A program made the translations under genes and the position numbers. The notes under the pieces were generated by a model. That model ran no database searches, was not told the origin of the DNA, and saw nothing but the letters and a program-made list of their open reading frames with translations. This document shows, piece after piece, positions 8,115-17,326 of a DNA stretch of 18,907 bases (positions within the stretch are counted from its first letter, which is position 1; each line of letters starts with the position of its first letter). The DNA comes from Calditrichia bacterium (lineage in GTDB: Bacteria; Calditrichota; Calditrichia; RBG-13-44-9), in the NCBI GenBank assembly GCA_037381445.1, contig JARRQT010000075.1:1-18907 (forward strand), in the 5' to 3' direction.

Positions 8115-9473
8115 ATGAACGTAATCATTAAAAATTTCCGCATCAACATCATCCTGCGCGTCCTCCTCATCTGTGCCAGCATATACGGATTTTTTTATCT
8201 GATTCTGAATACGGCACTGTATGCCACTATTTTCATTGTTGGTTTATTGGCCTTCTATCAGATTTACGCTCTGGTGCGTTATGTGGAACGGACCAATCGT
8301 AACTTGAGCCGCTTTCTGCAGGCCATTCGTCACTCCGATTTCTCCCAGTCCTTTACCGGCAGCGGACTGGGTTCGGCCTTCGAAGAATTGAACAACGCCT
8401 TTGCGGAGGTCATCCGGGAATTCCAGACCGAGCGTTCCAAAAGCGAAGAACATTTTCGTTACCTGCAAACGGTGGTGCAGCATGTGGGCATCGGGCTCAT
8501 CGCATTTGAGCCTACCGGCGAGGTGGAATTAATGAACACGGCGGTCAAACGGCTGCTTAAGATAAATCAATTGAAAAATATTACTTCGCTGGGGATGATT
8601 AGTGAGGACCTGGTCAGCAAACTGTTTCTGCTGGCCCCCGGCGAAAAGGACATGGTAAAGCTGCAGGATGGCGATGAACTCATCCAGCTCATCATCTATG
8701 CTACGGAATTCAAACTCCGCGAAAAGAGCATTAAGCTGGTTTCCCTGCAGAATATCCAGAGCGAATTGGAAGAGAAAGAGATGGAAGCGTGGCAGAAACT
8801 GATTCGCGTGCTGACCCATGAAATCATGAATTCCATCACGCCCATCGCTTCCCTGGCCTCCACAGTCAACGATTTGCTGGAAGAAGATGGGGCAGAAGAA
8901 GTCCCCCATGAAATTTTGAACGACACCATCGGTGATGTGCGGAACGCGATCCATACCATTCAGAAAAGAAGCGAGGGGCTGCTCCGCTTTGTCAACTCCT
9001 ACCGCAGCCTGACCCGGCTTCCCAAACCCAATTTCCAGATTTTTCCCGTAACGGATCTATTCGAACGCGTCAGTCAGCTGATGGCAGCGCAGGTGAACGG
9101 AAAGTCCATCGATTTTCAGGTGGAGATCGAGCCGCAGAGTCTGGAGCTCACAGCCGATCCGGATATGGTGGAACAGGTACTGATCAATCTTCTGAAGAAT
9201 TCCGTTGAAGCACTGGAGGGAAAGCCCGCCGGTCACATTGACCTCACCGCCCGGCTGGACGAACGGGGCAGGGTGATCATTCAGGTGACGGACAACGGGC
9301 AGGGGATCACCAGTGAGGCGCTAGAAAAACTATTCATTCCCTTCTTCACCACCAAAAAAGAGGGCTCAGGTATCGGGTTGAGCCTCTCCCGGCAGATCAT
9401 GCGCCTGCACCGGGGAACCATCAGCGTCACCTCCACGCCGGGACTTAAAACGACCTTCAAACTGACGTTTTAA
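8115..9473 (+). CDS. Sensor histidine kinase (2TM-linker-PAS-like-HisKA-HATPase)
   Basis: H box LTHEIMNSITP, N box EQVLINLLKNS, G1 DNGQG, F box LFIPFFTTK, G2 GSGIGLSLS. Confidence 0.95.
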   Translation: MNVIIKNFRINIILRVLLICASIYGFFYLILNTALYATIFIVGLLAFYQIYALVRYVERTNRNLSRFLQAIRHSDFSQSFTGSGLGSAFEELNNAFAEVIREFQTERSKSEEHFRYLQTVVQHVGIGLIAFEPTGEVELMNTAVKRLLKINQLKNITSLGMISEDLVSKLFLLAPGEKDMVKLQDGDELIQLIIYATEFKLREKSIKLVSLQNIQSELEEKEMEAWQKLIRVLTHEIMNSITPIASLASTVNDLLEEDGAEEVPHEILNDTIGDVRNAIHTIQKRSEGLLRFVNSYRSLTRLPKPNFQIFPVTDLFERVSQLMAAQVNGKSIDFQVEIEPQSLELTADPDMVEQVLINLLKNSVEALEGKPAGHIDLTARLDERGRVIIQVTDNGQGITSEALEKLFIPFFTTKKEGSGIGLSLSRQIMRLHRGTISVTSTPGLKTTFKLTF

Positions 9474-9689
9474 GCGCCCGTCGATTCGTCCCCAAAAAAT
9501 TGGATAAATAATTTCCCATTCGGAAGGTGCGGGCGAAAGCCGTCTTTTCGGCCCGGCAGAACATTGGCGGTGAATAGAAGATCAATCTATTTCCTGTTTT
9601 CCGCATCGCAACCCCAAGTTCATATTGGACTGTCGATACTGTCAAGGCCAGCGGAATATTCCGGAGCCGGGAAAGCGGATTTGCTGAAT

Positions 9690-9720
9690 TTGACAAAAAA
9701 TTATTTTTTTGTTACTTTTG
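9690..9720 (+). promoter_or_regulatory. Possible sigma70-type promoter without an obvious downstream gene
   Basis: TTGACA (9690-9695), 17-nt spacer ending TGT, then TACTTT (9713-9718). Confidence 0.35.
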
Positions 9721-10166
9721 CAGGAATTACAGGATTCAATTCTGACCGAACCGGACGATTTTTCTGGAGCATCCAGGATACAGAAACCTTATTTTTATCC
9801 GCAAAACCTTAGTAGCACCAATTCACCTGCTCTCCGTCACACCTTATTAGCTTATTTTCGCGTTGTGATCAGGTAATGTTGTTAAATCTATTATACTCTC
9901 TGGAAACAAGCAAAATAGGTTAATAAGGTTTTTACCCGGGGGATGCCTCAGGACTACTAAGCTTCAAAGAATGAAAAGAATAAGGTTATCAAACGGCTTC
10001 CGCCGACGGCAGACATTTGAAATTTACTGTATTGCAGCACCATTGTCAGAAATGATCGTTAGTAATAACGAGGCTTATGTATGCTTCTATTTGGGCGTAC
10101 GGAAGTAAGGGGTGAAAAGCCGTCTCTTTGATCCTGCAAAATATCAGCGTTGAATAGAAGATTACT

Positions 10167-10994
10167 CTATTGTTTGGATTTTCCTTCTTTCCTGATTTTG
10201 GCCACCTGCGCCGGCGTTACGGTAGGCGCATTATTTCCCCAACTGGTCCGCTCGTGGTTGATCACTGCCGCGATTTCCTTATTGGAGAGTTGGTCGGCCC
10301 AGGCTGGCATCTGCGCGGAGTAGGTGACCCCGTTAATGGTAGTGCCCTGTTTTCCGAACAGAACGGTCCGGATCTGCTCGGTGGGGTCCTTGGCCGTGAC
10401 GACCGGATCTCCGGCCAGCGGCGGAAAGGTGTTCGGGATCCCCTGACCGTTATTCTGGTGGCAACTGGCGCAGCTTGTGCGGTAAAGCTGCGCGCCCGTG
10501 GAGGCCATGGATTGTTCGGATTGTTCCTCCCCGGCCTGCTGCGCTGCAGGCAGCTTGCCATAGGTCGGGGTATCGGCGTATTGAGCGGACGGTTTCCACT
10601 GCTCTACGGCGTAATAAATTGCCCAGGCGGAAATGAATATCAGGATAACCCAGGCCCAGGTTGGAATGGGGGCCGGCGTCTCCGCCCGGGTGGGTTCCCA
10701 CTTCTCTTCATAGGCCCCGCCATAGGCATTCACCAGCACGCTGATTTTGCCTTCAACAATGTCATTTTCTCCCAAACCATCGACTGCAATGCCGGGACCA
10801 TTCCGTACTTCGAACGGGATTTTGCGAACGCCCCGGTGACCATAGCGGTCGGTGGCCACGATACGGATAAGATGAGAACCATCCTCCAGCGACGAGGTGT
10901 CCAGTTCAAATCTGCCCGGCGGCTGGTAGACCGCAATCGGTTCGGGATTGTCATCCAGGTATACTTCTATTTTGTTGCTTTCATTATCGACCAT
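10167..10994 (-). CDS. Membrane-anchored monoheme cytochrome c with N-terminal beta-rich (Ig-like) domain, cbb3 operon
   Basis: C-terminal CASCH...FPPLAG...MP class I cytochrome c, one internal TM (WAWVILIFISAWAIYYAV), and an N-terminal ~105 aa with alternating beta-strand pattern and no signal peptide. Confidence 0.88.
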   Translation of the reverse strand: MVDNESNKIEVYLDDNPEPIAVYQPPGRFELDTSSLEDGSHLIRIVATDRYGHRGVRKIPFEVRNGPGIAVDGLGENDIVEGKISVLVNAYGGAYEEKWEPTRAETPAPIPTWAWVILIFISAWAIYYAVEQWKPSAQYADTPTYGKLPAAQQAGEEQSEQSMASTGAQLYRTSCASCHQNNGQGIPNTFPPLAGDPVVTAKDPTEQIRTVLFGKQGTTINGVTYSAQMPAWADQLSNKEIAAVINHERTSWGNNAPTVTPAQVAKIRKEGKSKQ

Positions 10995-11011
10995 GATTTT
11001 GCTTCCAGCAC

Positions 11012-11236
11012 CTAAAAGTCGTCTTTAAGTATTTTTCGTTTAATATGATTTTCATCGTTTTCTTTGGGCTGAACAAAGAATTTAATAAGCAGGAACAGGG
11101 AAATGATGACGATCAGAACGGAAACCGCCACGATGATATAGTCAGAGGCGCCCTGTGGCGATGCGATGCGTCCCCGGGCGGATTTCGAAAATTCCTGTCC
11201 CTGCAGCAAAATGAATAATAATAAGTCGAGCATCAT
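11012..11236 (-). CDS. Small membrane protein in the cbb3 operon
   Basis: 74 aa with a strong TM (YIIVAVSVLIVIISLFLLIKFFV) and a charged tail. ATGA overlap with the ccoO stop. Confidence 0.7.
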   Translation of the reverse strand: MMLDLLLFILLQGQEFSKSARGRIASPQGASDYIIVAVSVLIVIISLFLLIKFFVQPKENDENHIKRKILKDDF

Positions 11237-12252
11237 TGCGATAGACCTTTTGGTTTTCCCTCTTTTATGATCTTTTCCACCTGCTGGACGGTGACGGTTG
11301 GTGCGTTATTTCCCCAGCTCGTTCTTTCGTGGTTGACCACTGCGGCCACCTGTTTTGCGGACAAAGTATTGACATGAGAGGGCATGGTTGCGGAATACTT
11401 GACGCCGTTAATGGTTTTGCCCTGTAAACCGAACAGTACGATCTGGACGTGCCGGGTCGGGTCCTTGGCGGTAACTACCGGATCGCCCTTCAGCGGCGGA
11501 AAAGTTGAAGGAATGCCATGCCCGTTGCTCTGGTGGCAGCTCGAACAGTGGGAACCATATACCTGATTACCTAACTGACTTTCCGCTGAAGCGCCTGACT
11601 GAGCGGCACCGGAAGATGATTGCTGAGAAGAAGACTTTGCACCGCTTTCCATTCCTTTTATGGGTACCTGCTTGCGCGAGAGAATATAGGCCACCAGTTC
11701 CTTCGCATTTCTGGCAACGACCACTTTTCCTGCGGCAGGCGCGAAGTCCTTGGGCACCGGCACCACCGTATCGTTTGAATCGGGGTTTTGTTTAATCTCG
11801 AAAAGCCAGGGGTAAGCCTGCATCACGGAGGCTTTCACAACAGCTCTGGGATTGTACAAATGGATGTAGTTCCAGGTCTCGCTGGACTGGCGGTTCCCCA
11901 CATTGCTCAGATCGGGACCAGTGCGTTCCGTCCCAAGGAGTTCCGGGGTCATTCGCCAGAAATCCAGTGGTCTCAGAAGTGCATAGTCTCCCGGCGCCGA
12001 AGGGCGGCCGAAAGGTTGGTCTTCTTTTAGAGGCCGGACCTGCTGGGTGTGGCAGTAGGGGCATCCTTCCGAGACAAAGATATCATAACCGGCCTGCTGC
12101 TGTGCGGTGAGTTCTTTCATACCTGGCAGCGGCTTATTATGGTCCATAACCCAGGTAGCGGGACCCACGGCGATAATTATGCTGAGGAAAACGAATCCGA
12201 AAAATACAACCCCGAACTGCAGTTTTGGATTTTCGTGAAAGCTCAGTTTCAT
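11233..12252 (-). CDS. ccoO: cbb3-type cytochrome c oxidase subunit II fused to a second cytochrome c domain
   Basis: FixO motifs EGCPYCHTQQVRP, GTERTGPDL, HLYNPRAVVKASVMQAYPWLF, then a Ser/Gln-rich linker and a second heme site CSSCH...PPL...MP. ATGA overlap with ccoN. Confidence 0.92.
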   Translation of the reverse strand: MKLSFHENPKLQFGVVFFGFVFLSIIIAVGPATWVMDHNKPLPGMKELTAQQQAGYDIFVSEGCPYCHTQQVRPLKEDQPFGRPSAPGDYALLRPLDFWRMTPELLGTERTGPDLSNVGNRQSSETWNYIHLYNPRAVVKASVMQAYPWLFEIKQNPDSNDTVVPVPKDFAPAAGKVVVARNAKELVAYILSRKQVPIKGMESGAKSSSQQSSSGAAQSGASAESQLGNQVYGSHCSSCHQSNGHGIPSTFPPLKGDPVVTAKDPTRHVQIVLFGLQGKTINGVKYSATMPSHVNTLSAKQVAAVVNHERTSWGNNAPTVTVQQVEKIIKEGKPKGLSQ

Positions 12253-13664
12253 GCGGGCGCACCTTCCGTTTCGGTAACAGTTACGGCCTCAACCGCCGGC
12301 CGCATTCGCCAGACATTAAATGCGAAAACCAAATGGGAAAAAAACATAAGGGTCCCTCCAATGGCCCGCCATAACCAGTAGGGCGCCATCAATTCCACAG
12401 ATTTTATAAAGGGAGCTCCCGCTACCCACGACTGGCCCTGCTCTGTTCCGCCGATCATCAGGGCAAAACCGTAAATCAGGACGCCCACCAGCGCGAACCA
12501 GAAATGGATGCCGATCAGCAAATGGGGCGGTTCCTTGCCGGTCAGACGGGGTATCAATCCGTATATTCCACCCCAAATGAGAAAGGTGATAAAACCAAAC
12601 ATGGTCATGTGGGAGTGGGCAATGGTAAAATTGGTGAAATGCCAGATTTTATTGGTGGAACGGAACGCTTCGAATGTTCCCTGCCCGGAAGCGACAAAAT
12701 AATAGATCACACCTACCAGAATAAACGGCAGTGAGTAACTGCGCGCAATAGTCCGGCCGCTACCCCGCATGGTCAGCAGAAAATTGCCTGTTCCCGCAAA
12801 AACCGGGATGAACATGCCCACGCTGAAAATTATGCCCACGGTCTGCAGCCACCAGGGGATAGGGCTGAAGACAAAATGGTGCGCGCCGATCAGAGAATAA
12901 AACACCATCTGCGTCCAGAAGGCCAGCACGCCCAGCGAATAGGAATAAATGGGCTTGTTCAGCAGTTTGGGAATAAAATAGTAGGTGAGTCCCAGGACCA
13001 TGGGAGTAAACCACATGCCGACACCCATGTGCATGTAATATCCCTGGACCACCGTTTCGCCCAGGCCGTGCTGATACCAGGGCAGGTAGGCGATGACCAC
13101 CAGTGTAATGGTCCAGAACAGCGCGCCCAGAATATACCAGTTTGAGATATAAATTTCCTTCGTGCTCCGTCTGGCAACCGTCTGGTAGAGGTTGTAGGCC
13201 ATCAGGATGACAGCGGTGGCGAATACGGCAGTCACCGGCCAGATGAATTCCCGGTATTCCTGCGCCCCGTTATTCACGCCGTTAAATAAAAAGAAAACCC
13301 CGGCCACCACCGATATATTAATGAGTGCCAGAGTGATCCAGGCAAGCGGAATGCTGTGAAGCTTTTTCTGGGAGGTGCGGGGAACAACATATAAGGACAG
13401 CGCCAGCATCCCCAGAGAGGCCCAGCCCCAGAAAACCACGTTGGTGTGGATCGGCCGCAGCCTGCCAAAGGACAGCCAGGGAGCGACGCCCCAATCCGGA
13501 TATGCCAGCCGGATGCCCAGATATTCTCCCACCAGGGTCCCGAAAACCAGCCAGAAGGTGGCGAAGGCAACATAGGCATAAACAAGGCGGGTCAAACTGA
13601 AATCTTCGTCTATGATATTGTCGATGCGGGTTTTTTCGACGGCAACCGGATGATTAACAAGCAT
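12249..13664 (-). CDS. ccoN: cbb3-type (family C) heme-copper oxidase subunit I
   Basis: LSFGRLRPIHTN, QEYRE, IYISNWY, helix VI His (YYMHMGVG), PIYSYSL, helix VII FYSLIGAHH with the C-family Tyr, and HFTNFTIAHSH. About 12 TM segments. Confidence 0.93.
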   Translation of the reverse strand: MLVNHPVAVEKTRIDNIIDEDFSLTRLVYAYVAFATFWLVFGTLVGEYLGIRLAYPDWGVAPWLSFGRLRPIHTNVVFWGWASLGMLALSLYVVPRTSQKKLHSIPLAWITLALINISVVAGVFFLFNGVNNGAQEYREFIWPVTAVFATAVILMAYNLYQTVARRSTKEIYISNWYILGALFWTITLVVIAYLPWYQHGLGETVVQGYYMHMGVGMWFTPMVLGLTYYFIPKLLNKPIYSYSLGVLAFWTQMVFYSLIGAHHFVFSPIPWWLQTVGIIFSVGMFIPVFAGTGNFLLTMRGSGRTIARSYSLPFILVGVIYYFVASGQGTFEAFRSTNKIWHFTNFTIAHSHMTMFGFITFLIWGGIYGLIPRLTGKEPPHLLIGIHFWFALVGVLIYGFALMIGGTEQGQSWVAGAPFIKSVELMAPYWLWRAIGGTLMFFSHLVFAFNVWRMRPAVEAVTVTETEGAPA

Positions 13665-13838
13665 ACGGCCTCATTCTAGTTGTTGAATTGAAAATTTATT
13701 TATTAATAATGAAATAATTCTCAGCCATCGAAAATTGCAGATATTAAACGTAAATAATGTTTCTAAGGTTCAGCAGACTTTCCAGCCAGCTATTATAGTA
13801 CCTGAAAAATTCAATAGTACAAGCAATCACAACAAATA

Positions 13839-13866
13839 TTGACAGCTTATAGAAATAATCTAAAAT
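13839..13866 (+). promoter_or_regulatory. Possible sigma70 promoter for the caa3 operon
   Basis: TTGACA-16 nt-TAAAAT in the AT-rich divergent intergenic region, about 370 nt upstream of coxB. Confidence 0.35.
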
Positions 13867-14237
13867 GAAGATTACATGAAGAAAGAAGCGGATAGCTGGT
13901 TTTTTTGTTACAATTTTCATTATTATTGGGCAGATGCACATTATAAATTTAAACCCTCCAGGCGCGTCAAAGTCAAGGGTGGTGTCAGAACCTGCTTCTG
14001 CCTCTTCTGCTCAAATACCATAGTTTTAAGCAAAGATATTTGTGTTCATCAAATCTTCATTTTTCTAAAATATTTTAAGATCAGAAGATTTTAAAACATT
14101 GTATTTATTATCGAACTGCGAACTTCAGCTGTTTTTTTAAGAGTGGCGATTCACCTTATTCGTTTTATACGAATTTAAAACAACGCATTAAAAAATATTG
14201 ACCGGCTTCTTAGCCGATAATTCCAGGGAGACAATAA

Positions 14238-15152
14238 ATGCAAGGTTCCCCTTTCAACACGGCCTCACCGCAAGCCCAGGCAATTTCCGAGGTTTTTATC
14301 ATCAGCCTTATAACGCTGGCTTTCATTTTACTGCTGGTTATTGGACTGGTTATCTTTGTTTCCATCAAATATCGGGGGAAAGAAGGAGATGCGGAGCCGC
14401 CCCAGATATTCGGGAATAAAAAGCTGGAGATTGGCTGGACAGTGGTGCCGGGGCTGATTCTGATATTCCTGTTTGTATGGACCATCATCTCGTCACAAAG
14501 ATCAGACCCTGCGATTCCCTCGGGCTCAAATTATGACCTGGTGGTGACTGCCCATCAGTGGTGGTGGGAATTGAGATATCCCCAGTCAGGAGTCATCACT
14601 GCCAATGAAATTCATATCCCCGTAAACAAAAAATGGCTGGTCCAGATCAAATCTGCCGACGTGATCCATTCCTTCTGGGTCCCCAAACTGGCCAGAAAGA
14701 TGGACGCCATTCCCGGCCACCCAAACCACATCTGGCTGCAGGCGGATAAAGCCGGCACCTATTGGGGGACCTGTTCTGAATATTGCGGCGCCCAGCACGC
14801 CGGCATGCATATTATGGTGATCGCGGAATCGGATTCTGCATTCAACGCCTGGCTTAATGAGCAGCAATCGAGCCCGACCCTGGCGCCGAACAGTGATGCG
14901 GCCAAGGGGCAGACCCTCTTCAATGAGAAGACCTGTTTGAACTGCCATGTTATCAAAAGCGTAGGTCCCAATCTGACGCACGTGGGGAGCCGTCGAACCC
15001 TGGCGTCGGGCGTCATAAAAAATACCCCGGAAAACATGGCCCGCTGGCTGCATGATCCGCAGAGTATCAAACCGGGCTGCAATATGCCCGACCTGAATCT
15101 GACCGATCAGGAGGTGGAGTATCTGGCGGCATATCTGGAGGCCTCGAAATGA
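14238..15152 (+). CDS. coxB: Cytochrome c oxidase subunit II with C-terminal cytochrome c (caa3-type)
   Basis: Two TMs, LEIGWT, HQWWW, CuA ligands DVIHSFW and CSEYCGAQHAGM, C-terminal CLNCH...GPNL...MP. GGGAG RBS. Confidence 0.96.
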   Translation: MQGSPFNTASPQAQAISEVFIISLITLAFILLLVIGLVIFVSIKYRGKEGDAEPPQIFGNKKLEIGWTVVPGLILIFLFVWTIISSQRSDPAIPSGSNYDLVVTAHQWWWELRYPQSGVITANEIHIPVNKKWLVQIKSADVIHSFWVPKLARKMDAIPGHPNHIWLQADKAGTYWGTCSEYCGAQHAGMHIMVIAESDSAFNAWLNEQQSSPTLAPNSDAAKGQTLFNEKTCLNCHVIKSVGPNLTHVGSRRTLASGVIKNTPENMARWLHDPQSIKPGCNMPDLNLTDQEVEYLAAYLEASK

Positions 15153-16758
15153 AAGGATCAAGCGCTGCGGCCCGGATCGGCTCCGTCTCTATGCCGAGTC
15201 ACTATAAAACCCTGTGGAGTTGGGTAACGACAATCGATCATAAGCAGATAGGTATCCTTTACCTGCTCAGCTTGCGGTGCCCAACAATACCTTCCTTTCG
15301 CCCCATAGCTATAATGAGATTTTCACCATGCACGGCACTACCATGATTTTTCTGGTGGTGATGCCCCTGCTTATCGGTTTCGCCAATTATTTGACACCGC
15401 TGATGATCGGTGCCCGCGATATCGCTTTCCCACGTCTCAATGCCCTTGGATTCTGGATGCTGTTCTTCGGCAGCCTGATGCTCTATTTCAGCTTCATTGG
15501 CGGCGGGGCGCCTGCCGCCGGCTGGTTCAGTTATGCGCCTTTAAGCGAAAAACCCTATTCCGCCACACCCGGTCTGGACTATTGGGCGTTGGGACTGCTG
15601 TTTATGGGGGTCGGCACCGTATCCACGGCCATCAATCTGAATGTGACCATCCTGAAATACCGGATCAAGGGAATGTCCTTAAAACGCCTGCCCCTGTTCG
15701 TCTGGATGGTATTTGTCAACGGATTCATCATCCTCTTCGCGCTCCCCCCGCTCAATGCCGCCTTGGTAATGCTGCTGGTTGACCGTCAGTTATTTGCACA
15801 CTTCTTCAAGGCGGTCTATGGAGGTTCGGCCTTGATGTGGCAGCAATATTTCTGGGCTTTCGGGCACCCTGAAGTCTATATCATGGTGCTGCCGGCCTGG
15901 GGGATGATATCCGAGATCATCCCGGTCTTTTCGCGCAAGCCTATTTTTGGATACGGCTTTGTTGCAGGCTCCACGGTGGCCATTGGACTCCTGAGCTTTG
16001 GCGTCTATGCCCATCATATGTTTGCCGTGGGACTGGGCCATCCCTTCGATTTTGCATTTGCCTTTACCAGCATGGCCATTGCCGTGCCCACCGGCATTAA
16101 AATCTTTAACTGGATCGCCACCATGTGGGGCGGTAGAATCCGTTTTACCACCTCGATGAAATATGCTACCGCCTTCATTGTCCTGTTTACCATCGGCGGG
16201 ATCAGCGGAGTAACCTTTGCAGTGATTCCGGTAGACTGGCAGGTAACGGATACTTATTATGTCGTGGCTCATTTCCATTATGTCCTGTTTGGGGGAACCA
16301 TTTTCGGAGTGTTTGCCGCCATTTACTACTGGTTTCCCAAGCTGTCCGGGCGGATGCTTTCGGAAAAACTGGGCAACTGGCATTTCTGGCTGACATTCAT
16401 CGGATTTAACCTCACTTTCTTTATACAGCATTTTGTCGGTTTAATCGGAATGCCCCGCCGGGTTTACACCTATCCTGATATGCCCGGCTGGGCCTGGATG
16501 AACATGGTTTCCTCCATTGGTGCTTTTGTGTTGGGCATTTCCGTTCTCGTTTTTCTGTGGAATCTGTTTATATCGTTGCGGCAGGGCAAACCGGCAGGGA
16601 ATAATCCATGGGAGGCCTGGACTCTTGAATGGGCTGCCACTTCACCTCCCGAGGAGCATAATTTTGAACTTGTGCCGCCGGTCAGGGGACGCCGCCCGTT
16701 GTGGGACCTTGCCCATCCCGATCAGCCGGACTGGAAACTGAATAAATCTGAAGAATAA
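15149..16758 (+). pseudogene. coxA: Cytochrome c oxidase subunit I (A1 type), disrupted by a frameshifting deletion near 15267 (or an assembly error)
   Basis: Frame A from ATG 15149 (ATGA overlap with coxB) gives ...WVTTIDHKQIGILYLL. Frame B resumes at 15268 with QLAVPNNTFL...FTMHGTTMIF and carries DIAFPRLN, WAFGHPEVY, YAHHM, AVPTGIK, VAHFHY and GMPRR. Most of helix I between the two parts is absent. Confidence 0.85.
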
Positions 16759-16771
16759 AAGGGAAACGATA

Positions 16772-17326
16772 ATGCATAAAGATAAAGTTCTCATGTTTAT
16801 GGTGGTAGCCACGGAGGCAGTATTTTTTACGCTGCTGATCCTGGCATATCTTTATTTTCATGCAACATCCGGCGAGGGTGCCAAACAGACCGCCTTGCTG
16901 GATCCGCTGAGAACATTTTATTTCTCGATGTTTCTTTTCACCAGCAGCTTTACCGTGTGGCGTGCGGAGAAAAACGTTGACAAGAAGAACTTTGGGCGGA
17001 GCCGGTTTTGGCTGCTGGTCACCATTCTGTTTGGCATCACCTTTCTGGTAGGTCAGGGCATCGAGTGGACCGGCCTGATTCGTCATGGGGAAACGGTCAG
17101 CACCAACCTGTTCGGGACCACCTTTTTCACCCTCACCGGCTTTCACGGAATGCACGTTTTTGTGGGGCTCATTGTTCTTTCAATCCTGCTGGGAATCTCA
17201 ATGCTGGGAGATTTTCAGCAGCCGCGAACGGCCAATTCGGTGGGGGTAGTGGCCATCTACTGGCATTTTGTCGATATCGTGTGGGTCTTTATATTTAGTC
17301 TCGTTTATCTGCAGGTGCTGTCATGA
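16772..17326 (+). CDS. coxC: Cytochrome c oxidase subunit III, short 5-TM form
   Basis: ATEAVFF, SSFT, FLVGQGIEW, FFTLTGFHGMHV, YWHFVDIVWVFIF. Confidence 0.94.
   Translation: MHKDKVLMFMVVATEAVFFTLLILAYLYFHATSGEGAKQTALLDPLRTFYFSMFLFTSSFTVWRAEKNVDKKNFGRSRFWLLVTILFGITFLVGQGIEWTGLIRHGETVSTNLFGTTFFTLTGFHGMHVFVGLIVLSILLGISMLGDFQQPRTANSVGVVAIYWHFVDIVWVFIFSLVYLQVLS

Noticed and set aside
9530..9555. Rho-independent terminator after the kinase
   Set aside because: The stem is imperfect and no U-tract follows it.
10170..11015. 281-aa plus-strand ORF
   Set aside because: Antisense shadow of the cytochrome c gene, with no recognisable motifs.
14039..14052. FNR-like box TTTGTGTTCATCAA
   Set aside because: Only the ATCAA half matches TTGAT-N4-ATCAA, which is likely by chance in AT-rich DNA.
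13744..14094. 65-aa and 72-aa ORFs in the divergent intergenic region
   Set aside because: AT-rich promoter-like DNA, no recognisable motifs or convincing RBS.
15149..15346. Programmed frameshift or genuine two-gene split of coxA
   Set aside because: About 19 conserved residues are missing from both frames, there is no slippery heptamer at the junction, and GTG 15277 has no clear RBS.
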